A stretch of DNA of 64,000 bases from an uncultured archaeon. GTDB taxonomy: Archaea; Aenigmatarchaeota; Aenigmatarchaeia; QMZP01; QMZT01. This document shows, in pieces, positions 35,687 to 45,600 of the stretch (position 1 is the stretch's first letter; each line of letters begins with the position of its first letter). The DNA lies in contig CAYFWU010000002.1 in assembly GCA_964347025.1 (NCBI GenBank), positions 5,187-69,186 on the forward strand, written 5' to 3'. The notes under the pieces were generated by a model. That model did not search any database and had not been told where the DNA came from. It saw only the letters and a program-made list of their open reading frames with translations. Made by a program: the position numbers and the translations under genes.

Positions 35687-38005
35687 TTAAACCCTTTCCA
35701 CACCAAGATTTACCTTATCCCCCGTGGCCCCTTTATTCTCTATCGCCAGCCTGCTGTAACCCCTGCCTACGCTCAAAGTATCGTTGATATCCACATTATC
35801 ATAACTCAGCACTATTTTCAAAGGGTATTTGTTCCCCAGGCCATAGGAAAACGTGGGTGAGATTTGTGACAGGAATTCGCCCTTCTCTATCATATCAATT
35901 CTCTGGTTTACCTGCCTCCAGTCCCCCCTGGAAAAAACGAGGAATACCACAGAGTTTTGAAACCTCTGATCTGTTCGCATCTCATAGTTTCCTGAGCCTG
36001 TGGATGCATGTATTGATAACGGATTGTCAGGGGAAACAACGAGTGAGGTGAGGATGTTATTCATGTAGGACGCCAGGTAGTAATGAGGAGGATTAACATC
36101 CGTATACGGGCTTATCTGACCAAGCTGCGTGAAGGTTTTTTCTCCTGCTCCGGGGATGTATATGCTGGCTGAATCCCACGTGTTGTTAAACAAAATCTTT
36201 ACCTGAAAATTCAGGGAAACAACGGCTATCTTTTTGAAATCATGATTCCTTCTGTTCTCGTCATCAGTTGCCGTGACATTTACCAGCCAGAGTCCTGCGG
36301 CATTTCCCGGAAGCGTGTAGTTGTACTCGTATATGTAACCGTTGGCTATTTCCGATACATTCGTCATATTCGCGTTATTCACTATCGTAGCCCCCAAATT
36401 ATTTTTTATGACAATGGTTGCATTTGCCAGATAATCCCTTCCGTTACCGCTGGTCACACTCGCTCTCGTCCTGACCATCCTGTTGGGTTTGAAAACGCTC
36501 GTCTCAACAAGCGCCCGGGTGTAAGTTTTGACCTGAACAACCGGCGGGCCAAGACCCTGGAGATGCACGATCAATAACTTGCTGGTCGTCAGATTCTCGG
36601 AGGTCTGGTTCGAGGGGTAGCCTGTTTTGTTGACATCCACCGTATAATTGGTGTAGAAGGATTTCCCTGAGGGTGTCTGGTTGTACTCGCTGAGGACCTG
36701 TCTTGGTATGTAGCCGGAAGAGTTGGTCTGACCGCTGAACCATGAATAGTTATAGGTATCCGTTACGCTTACATTCGCGTTTGCAACAGGGGTTTCAGAC
36801 GTGTCCCTGACCTGTATGTCCAGATACCACTTGACCCAGATTACCGCACTTGAGCTTACGGAAACATCATTCTTATCGAAGGTGGAGTTTATGAAGTAGT
36901 TGTTTGAGGAGCCTGTCACGACAATCTGATAATCCGAGGACGCGCTTATGACGGTGTCAATCACGTAGTTGTTGTCGGTGTTTGAAAAGCTCACACCATC
37001 ATCGTCATTCGAGTGTATATAAGATCCTGTAAGGTTGTTGTTTGAACTAGCACTTATCGCTATCCCATCGACATCGTTTGCATAACTCTCTATACCTGTC
37101 ATAACATTGCTGGAGGAGCTGTCCATGTGAAGACCGTTCAGTGTATTGTCGGAAATAATAGCATTATCAACCCTGTTACCGTTGGAGGAGGATTCAAAAT
37201 AGATTCCGTAGCCCGTGTTGAGAGAGCTGTTCACACCGGTTATATTATTGTTCGTTGACTGGGAAAATCGAATGCCTGTGTTCCCGTTCGATTTGACATT
37301 GCCTCCCTCTATCCTGTTTCCAGATGACGATCCCAAATAAATTCCCCTTACCTGGTTTGACGTTACGTTGCTCTCATAGATAACGTTACCAGTGGTGGTA
37401 ACGAAATTAACGCCGTCCTGGGTGTTTAAACCTACGTATGTGTATTCGATCCTGCTGTTGTTCGAGGCCGAGAACCAGAACCCGTGATTCGTATTGTTCG
37501 AGACGTTTCCATGGCTGAAGTTGTTACCCAGGGAGGAAAGAAAAACCACACCATAATCATTATTCAGATAAACCGTGTTGTTGGTGAAGTTGTTGTAATT
37601 AGAGGAGGAGAATGCGTTTATACCTCTGTTTGTAATGGATGTGATGAGGTTGTTGTATATCTTGTCATCGGTTGAAGAGGACATATAAATTCCGTACGTC
37701 CAGTCGGATATCTCACAGTTACGGACAGTCACGTTATCGTAGTTTACAATGAATACCCCGTAAGTGTCACCACCATCAACACCGTCTATCCTATAACCCT
37801 GGCAATCCAGGATCACATCATTCGCCTGAACATCCATGCATGTCGAGTTCGTGGAATTCCAGATGTCCTGTGTTAAATTGTAGGTCTCTCCTTGTGTGTC
37901 CAGAACCGAACAGTTATCTATATTGACCGATAAAACAGGTTGTGCATTTAATAACGCGAAGATGATGGTCATGAATGCCGCTATCCAAACACCCTTCCCC
38001 CACAT
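35687..38005 (-). CDS. Secreted right-handed parallel beta-helix (NosD/PbH1-like) repeat protein
   Basis: 772 aa. Signal VWIAAFMTIIFALLNAQPVLS. It has many ~22-residue repeats of the type N.I..N...GI.l..S..N.i..N, for example VRNCEISDWTYGIYMSSSTDDKIYNN. Sequon-rich. Confidence 0.7.
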   Translation of the reverse strand: MWGKGVWIAAFMTIIFALLNAQPVLSVNIDNCSVLDTQGETYNLTQDIWNSTNSTCMDVQANDVILDCQGYRIDGVDGGDTYGVFIVNYDNVTVRNCEISDWTYGIYMSSSTDDKIYNNLITSITNRGINAFSSSNYNNFTNNTVYLNNDYGVVFLSSLGNNFSHGNVSNNTNHGFWFSASNNSRIEYTYVGLNTQDGVNFVTTTGNVIYESNVTSNQVRGIYLGSSSGNRIEGGNVKSNGNTGIRFSQSTNNNITGVNSSLNTGYGIYFESSSNGNRVDNAIISDNTLNGLHMDSSSSNVMTGIESYANDVDGIAISASSNNNLTGSYIHSNDDDGVSFSNTDNNYVIDTVISASSDYQIVVTGSSNNYFINSTFDKNDVSVSSSAVIWVKWYLDIQVRDTSETPVANANVSVTDTYNYSWFSGQTNSSGYIPRQVLSEYNQTPSGKSFYTNYTVDVNKTGYPSNQTSENLTTSKLLIVHLQGLGPPVVQVKTYTRALVETSVFKPNRMVRTRASVTSGNGRDYLANATIVIKNNLGATIVNNANMTNVSEIANGYIYEYNYTLPGNAAGLWLVNVTATDDENRRNHDFKKIAVVSLNFQVKILFNNTWDSASIYIPGAGEKTFTQLGQISPYTDVNPPHYYLASYMNNILTSLVVSPDNPLSIHASTGSGNYEMRTDQRFQNSVVFLVFSRGDWRQVNQRIDMIEKGEFLSQISPTFSYGLGNKYPLKIVLSYDNVDINDTLSVGRGYSRLAIENKGATGDKVNLGVERV

Positions 38006-38080
38006 ACTTTATAATTTGTACTCAATTAAATAATAGTTTAAATCTCGAAAGGATATAAAATTTAAAACCAAGGAATATGC

Positions 38081-38530
38081 ATGAAAGACCCCAGATTTTA
38101 CATTCTTCCTATCATTTCAATAATTCTGATCGCGGTAATCCTCTTCAGACCTGACATAACTGGATTAGTTGTGGGAGCGGGAGAACCCGCGGATGGGATA
38201 AAACACCTGACCGGTAAGGTTAGGATAACCATTTACGATACCATAATACCAGAGGATTCGGTCGTTACGATCTTCCTTGGTGACCAGAGTTCAAGCATGC
38301 CGATAAAGGAATTCATAGAGAAGTCAGGCGGTATTTACGAAGTTGAGTACGGGCGAATCCCTGACATAGGCTATGAAGGATACGGTTACGCTGGCGAGCA
38401 TTTCTACACACTCGATCTTTCAGAATTCGACCTCGATCTGGATCTGGAACCGGGTGAATATACCCTGATAACAGAGGTCAGCTATGAAAACTTCGTCATA
38501 TCAAGTACAGCAGAAGACATAGTTGTTTAA
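38081..38530 (+). CDS. N-terminally anchored small protein (hypothetical)
   Basis: 149 aa. FYILPIISIILIAVILF then ITGLVVG. It is the only plus-strand gene inside the surface region and is convergent with the 422-aa gene (4-bp stop overlap). Confidence 0.45.
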   Translation: MKDPRFYILPIISIILIAVILFRPDITGLVVGAGEPADGIKHLTGKVRITIYDTIIPEDSVVTIFLGDQSSSMPIKEFIEKSGGIYEVEYGRIPDIGYEGYGYAGEHFYTLDLSEFDLDLDLEPGEYTLITEVSYENFVISSTAEDIVV

Positions 38531-39795
38531 CCACTTCTCCTTCTTCTCCTGAAGTAGAAGAACCACCCCATGTTTATCATTATCAGTATTATGACGAGCG
38601 GCGTCAGTACATCGTATCCCCCTTCCTCCTCTCTCCTGAGGACCTCTGCCGTCACGCCGATTATTTCAGTTGTAAGGCTTTCGAGCTCTATGTATGTCTT
38701 CAGCTTCCTTTCCGTTGTTTTACCAGCGTAGTGCAGGATAAGCTTCGCATCGTATACCCCCTTCTCAACACCCACAGTGTCCCAATACGCCAGCAACGTT
38801 TCCTTTTGAAGAGGTTCGATGTCAACAGAAGCTGATTTAAAACTAGTAACTACATCTCCCTTGGGATCTGTTATTATCATCTCAGCATACACATTTTCGA
38901 TCTTCTCGTTCCATTTGCTCTCGACCAAAATATTGAACTTCGCGACTCCGCCGAGCCTGAATCCTTTCACTGTCACCTCCTTAACCTCTACGAAAAGATT
39001 TCCCACATAGAAGTTATCTTCCTTTCTTGCGAGATTCCCGTCGTAATCCAAGGTCGCTACCGCATGATAAACCCCTGGGTTTACATCGGCTTTCCAGTAT
39101 GCTGCCAGATCCTTCCTCTCCTTTGATTTTATAGATATCTCATCTGTTTCTATCGTAGCGATCACTTCGTTGGTCGGACCTTTTATTTCAACAGTCGCCT
39201 TCGCTCTTCCTATGTTCTGCGTTCCTAGGTTGTAAACCTTTACAAAGAAGTTCACAGTTTCAGACGGCTGGGCCTCGGCAATTGACAGGTCCATTTCCGC
39301 ATACTTACCCGGGTATGGAACCTTTACAAGCAGCTGATGGATTACGGCAGTGGTGGCTATCACGAACTGCCCTTCGATTTCTTCAGCCTCCATTCCAGGC
39401 GGGAGTTCCATGACAACTATCTTTCCCCAGTGCTCACCAGGTTTGTCGATCCTTTCAGGCAACCTTACAGTGTAGGTGAAGGGCTTGGAGTTGTCAGATT
39501 CCTTGAACTCAACAAGATTCTTTTCCAGGGTTACGTAATCCTTCAGATCGCCTTCCACGTAGACTAGGGCATTGAATGCCTTGTGATCGTTGTTGAGGAT
39601 ATCGAAATTGACCTTCTGGAAGAGATTTGGCTCGAAATCTACGGTTTTTCTACCAGGCGTTACCCCTATCCCTTGAACGCCCTGTGAGAATACGCCTAGG
39701 GCTAACACCAACGTCAGCATCACTACCAAACCCCTAAACCTGCTCTGCCTTGACATTTTCCTCTTCTCCCACTTCCAGGGATTCATCAACCCCAA
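38527..39795 (-). CDS. Secreted three-domain Ig/CARDB-like protein with a C-terminal TM anchor (paralogue of 33341-34546)
   Basis: 422 aa, with an alternative start at 39756. Signal GLVVMLTLVLALGVFSQGVQG, IGVTPGRKTVDFEPN, YPGKYAEMDLSI..., and the C-terminal TM PLVIILIMINMGWFFYF followed by RRRRRSG. Confidence 0.7.
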   Translation of the reverse strand: MGLMNPWKWEKRKMSRQSRFRGLVVMLTLVLALGVFSQGVQGIGVTPGRKTVDFEPNLFQKVNFDILNNDHKAFNALVYVEGDLKDYVTLEKNLVEFKESDNSKPFTYTVRLPERIDKPGEHWGKIVVMELPPGMEAEEIEGQFVIATTAVIHQLLVKVPYPGKYAEMDLSIAEAQPSETVNFFVKVYNLGTQNIGRAKATVEIKGPTNEVIATIETDEISIKSKERKDLAAYWKADVNPGVYHAVATLDYDGNLARKEDNFYVGNLFVEVKEVTVKGFRLGGVAKFNILVESKWNEKIENVYAEMIITDPKGDVVTSFKSASVDIEPLQKETLLAYWDTVGVEKGVYDAKLILHYAGKTTERKLKTYIELESLTTEIIGVTAEVLRREEEGGYDVLTPLVIILIMINMGWFFYFRRRRRSG

Positions 39796-40222
39796 GTACG
39801 AAAGACCCGGTCAACCTATGTAAAACAAGGTCGACGTTTCCTGAGTTCTTAACATCATCACCTGCCCTCGAAAGACTCACGCTCGACCCTATCGTTAGCT
39901 TACGAACGCCACTCGAAAAGACCCCGCTGTTAACCTTCCAGTAATACGTTCCGAAATTCAGGTCGTTAACGAACCTGAAGGAATTTCCGGAAACCTTTGT
40001 TGAGAAGGGTGAAGTGAAGCCGGGATCATCATCCAAGAAAAGATCGTATTCATTATGCAAACCGTTCCACACGAATTCAGGCCTTCTCTCTGTTGTATAA
40101 ACCCCGTCAGCCGGTTCTATCAAAGGGATAGTCGCTATGTTTACAAAGAGGTAAACAAGCAGACCTATGACTAACAAATTCGTTAGTACCACCCCAAATT
40201 TCAAGATTTTAAGTTTCACCAA
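39734..40222 (-). CDS. N-terminally anchored Fn3-like module protein (hypothetical)
   Basis: 162 aa. TM VVLTNLLVIGLLVYLFV, then PADGVYTTERRPEFVWNG...YDLFLDDDPGFTSPF...GTYYWKV. It overlaps both neighbouring genes. Confidence 0.5.
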   Translation of the reverse strand: MVKLKILKFGVVLTNLLVIGLLVYLFVNIATIPLIEPADGVYTTERRPEFVWNGLHNEYDLFLDDDPGFTSPFSTKVSGNSFRFVNDLNFGTYYWKVNSGVFSSGVRKLTIGSSVSLSRAGDDVKNSGNVDLVLHRLTGSFVLGVDESLEVGEEENVKAEQV

Positions 40223-41795
40223 TATACCACCCTGTGAATATAAGGGTTGAAGACTTCGCCCCTGGAGGTTCGTCGAGCGGAACCATTATCTGCATTTCGA
40301 CTTCAGCCGAATCGTTGTTATCCGTGTAATTCAGGGAATCTATGAATGTAACATTGACCAAGGGGACGTTAGTCCATGTTGTGGTTGATCCACTCCAATT
40401 GAATGCCCCAATCTCACCGGAGAACCAGTCAACAGAGTAGTTGAAGTAGTCCGAAGGGAGGCCGGCTGAAACCCAGAGAGAATCCATCGCGGAAACATTC
40501 GCGTCTATTATGCAGTTCCCGTCGTTATGCAACCCGAATGGATTCGGAGCACCATCAGATGTGTCGTTCTGGTAACCCAGGGGCCTGTCTTCTCCGAAAT
40601 CAACCAGATCAGGTGAGATGGAAATGGAAACGTTTGTATCTATTGTGAAGTTCCATTTCACGCTCTCCGTTCCGTTCTCGTACGAATCATACGCCTTTAC
40701 GGACCAGTTGTAGTAGTAGTTGTCATCCCCGAAGTACTGCAATTCGCTGGGTGGTGTATAGTTGAGTTCGCTGGTACTTGCATACCTGTCGTCACTTGAG
40801 CAATCCCCTCCCCCCAACTTAAAACAGCTTATGTTTACGAAGTACGTGAGAGAATCACCATCCGCGTCACTTGGCTCGTTCCATTTTAGTGTTGGCGTTC
40901 GGTTGGTGAAGTGATCCCCATTTGGAGGGGAATCCAGAATGACCTGATCCGGTTCGTCATTCTCTCTGAACAGCCTCTGCGATTCATTGCCCCACATGCC
41001 GTTCGAATCGTTCGCGTAAACATTGAAGTAGTATGTCGTCCCGTCAGCCGTGGCCTTCGTTATGTTACAAAACACGTTACTCCCGCTCCCTATCATTTCC
41101 ATTGTCTCATTCTGCGCATCCGCGGCCCCCACCTTCCATTCAAGAATGCACGTATCCACGCTTGTCTGCGAATCCGCTGTAACGGATACGTTTATAATCA
41201 CGCTGTTGTTGATCTGTCTAGAATCATTCGCCGGGGTCGGATCTTCATACATTACGCTCAGATCAGTCGCAACCCTGCAGCATATCTTTTTCTCGTACTG
41301 ATCGCAGGGCCCTATATGCGAATCGGTGTCATTGTTTACAGAGGCATTCGAGCTTGCCATGGAAGCGAAGCACTCCCTGTCGCTAGGGCAGGCGCTGTCC
41401 ACGTACGTGCAGTTAAAGTAACCGGGCGTTGTAAACAGACAGACACTGACACCGTAAATTATCCCAGGCCCTGAATAATCACCTCGCTGAACGTGAGAAT
41501 TCGTTGTGTCGTTAAGTCTCAGAAAAACGCCACCGCACCCGGACGCCAGGGTCGAGTTAGAATTACAGCACACGACGTAATCATACGTTCCGACAGAAAC
41601 ATTCTGGGCATGCGCATTCCGGTAACCCCCCGTGTCGTTTTCGAGGTAGATAACATCCGTGAAAGCGCAGGTCTGGTTTTCCATTATCGTGCAGTTGAAA
41701 TCACCTGCCGCTGACGCCAGGTATACGAAAACCATGGAGAGAAGAAAAATTAGCTCAAAGATCATTAAGTTGCTTCCCCTGGAACTTTTTTTCAA
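40209..41795 (-). CDS. Secreted Cys-rich, sequon-rich protein with an Fn3-like module (hypothetical)
   Basis: 528 aa. Signal LIFLLSMVFVYLASAAG. The N-terminal domain repeats N(A/S)H...Y..vCC-type motifs, followed by PPNGDHFTNRTPTLKWNEPSDADGDSLTY. Confidence 0.6.
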   Translation of the reverse strand: MKKSSRGSNLMIFELIFLLSMVFVYLASAAGDFNCTIMENQTCAFTDVIYLENDTGGYRNAHAQNVSVGTYDYVVCCNSNSTLASGCGGVFLRLNDTTNSHVQRGDYSGPGIIYGVSVCLFTTPGYFNCTYVDSACPSDRECFASMASSNASVNNDTDSHIGPCDQYEKKICCRVATDLSVMYEDPTPANDSRQINNSVIINVSVTADSQTSVDTCILEWKVGAADAQNETMEMIGSGSNVFCNITKATADGTTYYFNVYANDSNGMWGNESQRLFRENDEPDQVILDSPPNGDHFTNRTPTLKWNEPSDADGDSLTYFVNISCFKLGGGDCSSDDRYASTSELNYTPPSELQYFGDDNYYYNWSVKAYDSYENGTESVKWNFTIDTNVSISISPDLVDFGEDRPLGYQNDTSDGAPNPFGLHNDGNCIIDANVSAMDSLWVSAGLPSDYFNYSVDWFSGEIGAFNWSGSTTTWTNVPLVNVTFIDSLNYTDNNDSAEVEMQIMVPLDEPPGAKSSTLIFTGWYIGET

Positions 41796-41873
41796 GATAT
41801 CCCCCTCCCTCTAAAACACGCATTCCTTCCAATTATAATCTTGGTGGCTAAGAAATAAAAAACGACTCTGAAG

Positions 41874-42464
41874 TTAAAACTTACATCCCGTCAGACTTTC
41901 AATCCACTCAAGGGATTTGACACCTGTGTGTATCTGGTTGTTGTAAACGATCGAAGGTATCTGCTGTATTCCAAGCTGCTGGCATGCCTGCAGGTTCGCT
42001 CCTGTACAGTCCACATAGATCTTATTCGCGTAATTCCCTATCGTTAGCAACTGCTGAACTGTGTTGGGCTCGCTCTTTTGACCGAATACGATCAGGCCCT
42101 TCGAACTCAGACATTCCGCGAAATCCTTTTCCCTCTCCAACCTAACGAGGGTTTCCGAAACATCCATGATGTTCTCGGTCAGGAACTTCCCGTCCTTGGT
42201 CGCATAAAGCTCCCTGATAACATCACCGCTAGCGAGCTTCAGCCTGATCAGTATCTTGTAAATATGTCCTTCATCCTTCACGCTCAGAACCTCCACTTCG
42301 CCCTCCGTCAACATCTTATAAACACTCTCCACGCTGTCCAGAACCTGTTTCTGAGAGCCCGCAGTGATCGTATTCTGAAGGAACATGAAAGCAAGAATGA
42401 TCACAAGAACAACAATTACACCAATGTAAACCAGATCTTTTTTCATTGGTTTTCTCGAAGCCAT
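41874..42464 (-). CDS. Membrane-anchored extracytoplasmic thioredoxin-fold protein lacking the CxxC active site
   Basis: I prefer the start MASRKPMKKDLVYIGVIVVLVIILAFMF at 42464; the track ORF extends to 42578 through F/L-rich junk. The C-terminal FAECL..GLIVFGQKSEPNTVQQ....IYVDC......ACQQLGIQQIPSIV.N...H.G...LEWIESLTGC matches the VKOR-associated Trx-like domain pattern, but SEPN replaces the redox CxxC. Confidence 0.6.
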   Translation of the reverse strand: MASRKPMKKDLVYIGVIVVLVIILAFMFLQNTITAGSQKQVLDSVESVYKMLTEGEVEVLSVKDEGHIYKILIRLKLASGDVIRELYATKDGKFLTENIMDVSETLVRLEREKDFAECLSSKGLIVFGQKSEPNTVQQLLTIGNYANKIYVDCTGANLQACQQLGIQQIPSIVYNNQIHTGVKSLEWIESLTGCKF

Positions 42465-42479
42465 ACAATAAAAATGTAG

Positions 42480-42643
42480 ACATAATTTAAAAAAGTTAAA
42501 TAAAAAGAAAAACAAAAAGGGACTAAAGGAGCTTTTACTTCCTCGTCCCTTCTTGTATCTTTCCTGTTTTGGAAGCAAGCGACGGAGCAGAACGCGAGTA
42601 AGCGCAGCTCCTTTCTGCTTAAGCTCTTTCTTGAAAAGAGCTT
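42480..42643 (-). terminator. Hairpin at the stop codon plus a downstream oligo-T tract (candidate terminator of the fibre gene)
   Basis: A 9-bp stem AAGCTCTTT/AAAGAGCTT (42621-42643) overlaps the TAA of the 1399-aa ORF. On the minus strand, 42486-42519 reads as T-runs (ttttgtttttctttttatttaactttttt). Confidence 0.3.
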
Positions 42644-45600
42644 ATCCTAACTGGATGATCACGTTGCCGCTGCTCGAGCTTATTGTCAGATTCCCGTCGC
42701 TGTCCACCGTGAAGTTCGCGTAGTCGACGTTGTCCGTATGCGTTAACACTAACTGAGAACCACTGTTGTCTAGGACCTCAAGTATTGCGTCCGGAGTTGA
42801 GTCTCCTATACCGACTTCACCGGTATTTAATATGTATATTTTCGCAGCATTATTTGTGATTAACCGCAAATTATGGTTAGTTGTGGTGCCAAAAAGCGCT
42901 TCGTTTACCCTTGCGCTGATTTTGGCTGTTACACCGTCTGTGCGGTTTACTTCAAGAACTGCATTAGCACTGCTATCTGCTATTTCCAAATCTACATTAG
43001 GATTCGACGTCCCGATGCCGACTTGATCACTTGAACCATCAACATACAATGTATCAGCTATGTTGGTAACTCCATCGCTGTCGCTGTCTATGGTTACATT
43101 ATCTGTCGTGGTCGCTCCTCTAGTCGTAACAGTCTGCAACGTATCGCTCTCGCTTCCCAATACATTGCTCAGACAGTTTCCTCCCTGTATGCAAACATCG
43201 GTCGTTGCATTGATGTAATTTGTTGAGTTTATGTTACCTACAACATCGAGTTGTTGCTGTGGATCCGTCGTCCCGATGCCGACCTTGCCGTTTGGTACCC
43301 AAATATCTCCTAAACCAGCAGTGTCGGTGGCGAATTGTATAGCATCTACTTCTGAACTGCCATCAGATGCACCGATTGAAAATGGACTGCCTGCACCATG
43401 CGGCACATCCAAATAACCATAACGTCCAGTAGCTGCCCTTGTTAGTCTGAAAGCCCCATCAGAAGTATGATTAGTGAATATCTCAAAGATGGTTTGTGGA
43501 ATAGTTGTGTTTATGCCGATGTTGCCGTCTGCATCAATGACCAAATCGCCCCACCTATCATTAGTGAAAAACCTTAACTGGTCATAGGTCTTAGCTCCTA
43601 CATAACCATTTCCGCCAAAAACTGTCATTTCGATTTCCACATCACTTGTACTATCTCGTACTGTTATTCCAGTGTCTCCAGTACTAGTTGCCAAAATGGT
43701 TGTGTATGATTGTCCTGCATCTGTTCCATTCCCAACATGTAGTAACCGATTCGGACTAGCTGTCCCGATTCCGACTTGATCACTTGAACCATCAACATAC
43801 AATGTACCAGATATGTTGGTCAATCCATCGCTGTCGCTGTCTATTGTCACATTGTCAGTAGTGGTCGCTCCTCTAGTCGTAACAGTCTGCAACGTATCTG
43901 ACTCGCTCCCCAATACATTGCTCAGACAGTTTCCTCCCTGTATGCAAACATCGGTCGAAGAGTTTATAGTTCCCGTTGCGTTTATATCACCTTTCACATC
44001 CAGCATATTTTGTGGAGTTTCCGCGTTGATGCCGACCTCACCTGAACTTAATACCGTTAACCTTATTAGATCAGATGTTGCTAATCGTAGTCCCAGATGA
44101 GGGGCAGCCGCTGTCGTGTCACCTATATCCATAAAGCCTCCTTGGACTCTTATTAATGCGAGGTTGCCCGTTTCGTTGACAAAATTTATCACAGGGGCAC
44201 TCGCATTAACATCTATTGATCCCGAATTGACTTCCAAATTTCCTGACACGTAAAGTCTGTTGCCGTCCGTCGTTGTCGAGCCTATGCTGACGTTGCCGCT
44301 CCCGTCAGGTATTATGTATACAGGTCCGTCACCGTTTGTATAGTAGGGGATTTGAATCTTTGGAACTGAAATCCAGGCCGTTTCAATTGTGCTTATATTA
44401 AGAGTATTTTTATTCCGGACCCTGAACTGGTTGCTGAACATCCCATCTGACATAGATGTGACGTTATCGGTGGCGTTTATATTACCAACTACATCCAATT
44501 CCTGCTGCGGGGTCTGCGTCCCAATGCCGACTTGATCACTTGAACCATCAACATACAAGGTATCTGCTATGTTGGTAACTCCATCACTGTCGCTGTCTAT
44601 CGTTAGATTCTGATCAGTTGTTGCTCCCCTGTCTGCTACGCTGTCCAGTGTATCGCTCTCGCTTCCAATACCATCATCCTCTGAACAGTTCCAGTAAGAG
44701 CCACTTGAAACCCATTTCAAAACCTCTCCGTTTGAACAGCTCTGGTTGAGAACAACCGTGTCCGAGCTTATCTCTATACCATTCCCTACATTCACAAGGA
44801 CGTTATCTCCACTCGTTCCCAGACCATCACCGTCATTAATAGCCAACACACCATTCGTATAGCTGATACCAGTCCCTGCAGAACCACTCGAAAGGTTCAC
44901 TCTCGGCTGAGGACCGCCGGGATCCGTGACAGTTATTCCCCAACCTTGCAATACGTCCGTGACATCTCCAGTTCCACCAGAGTCATCATCACTGGCGCAT
45001 ATCCAAGCGCTTTCCGTGTTATTCCACTTCAATACCTCTCCATCCGCGCAGCTCTGGTTCAATACGACTGTATCAGAGCTTATCTGTATACCATTACCCG
45101 TGTTCACAACTACATCATCTATATTGATTCCTAGACCAGACCCTGCAATAACTTCTACATTGTCGCCGCTGGTTTGTAAACCACTTCCCGCGTTCACAGA
45201 AAGGACACCCTGCGAAAAGGCCAGACCATCACCAGCGGAAAAGCTCGAAAGGTTCACTCTCGGCTGAGGACCACCAGAGTTCGTAACGTTTATTCCCCAA
45301 CCTTCTAACACAGCCGTGATATCACCGCCGACAACGCTCAGACAGTTTCCTCCCTGTACACAAACATCAGTTGTCGCATTGATGTAATTTGTTGAGTTTA
45401 TGTTGCCATGAACTTCTGTGTTGAGATTGTAGCTCGGGCTTCCTATCATTAACTGGTTCGCAGCGGTGGTGACAGCTTCCCTACCAAGGGCGACGCTGTT
45501 ATCATGGATGGCATCTGCCTCTGCTCCCAGTGCTGTTGCGTATTGTCCTGTCGCGTTTGCTGAGTCTCCCAATGCTGTCGCGGCAGTTGCTGTGGCTCTT

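Noticed and set aside
39700-39795. A Tat (twin-arginine) signal in the 422-aa protein (MSRQSRFRGLVV).
   Set aside because: The arginines are not adjacent (R-F-R), and the S/T-R-R-x-F-L-K consensus is not met. A Sec-type signal is more likely.
42465-42578. The N-terminal 38 residues of the track ORF for the Trx-like protein (MLPKQERYKKGRGSKSSFSPFLFFFLFNFFKLCLHFYC).
   Set aside because: This is translation of an A/T-rich intergenic or terminator-promoter tract. The internal Met followed by a basic stretch and a TM helix is a far better start.
43009-43957. A diversity-generating retroelement (TR/VR pair) targeting the fibre gene.
   Set aside because: There is no reverse transcriptase ORF in the window. 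The mismatches between the repeat copies are mixed base changes rather than adenine-specific, and both copies lie in-frame inside the same gene.
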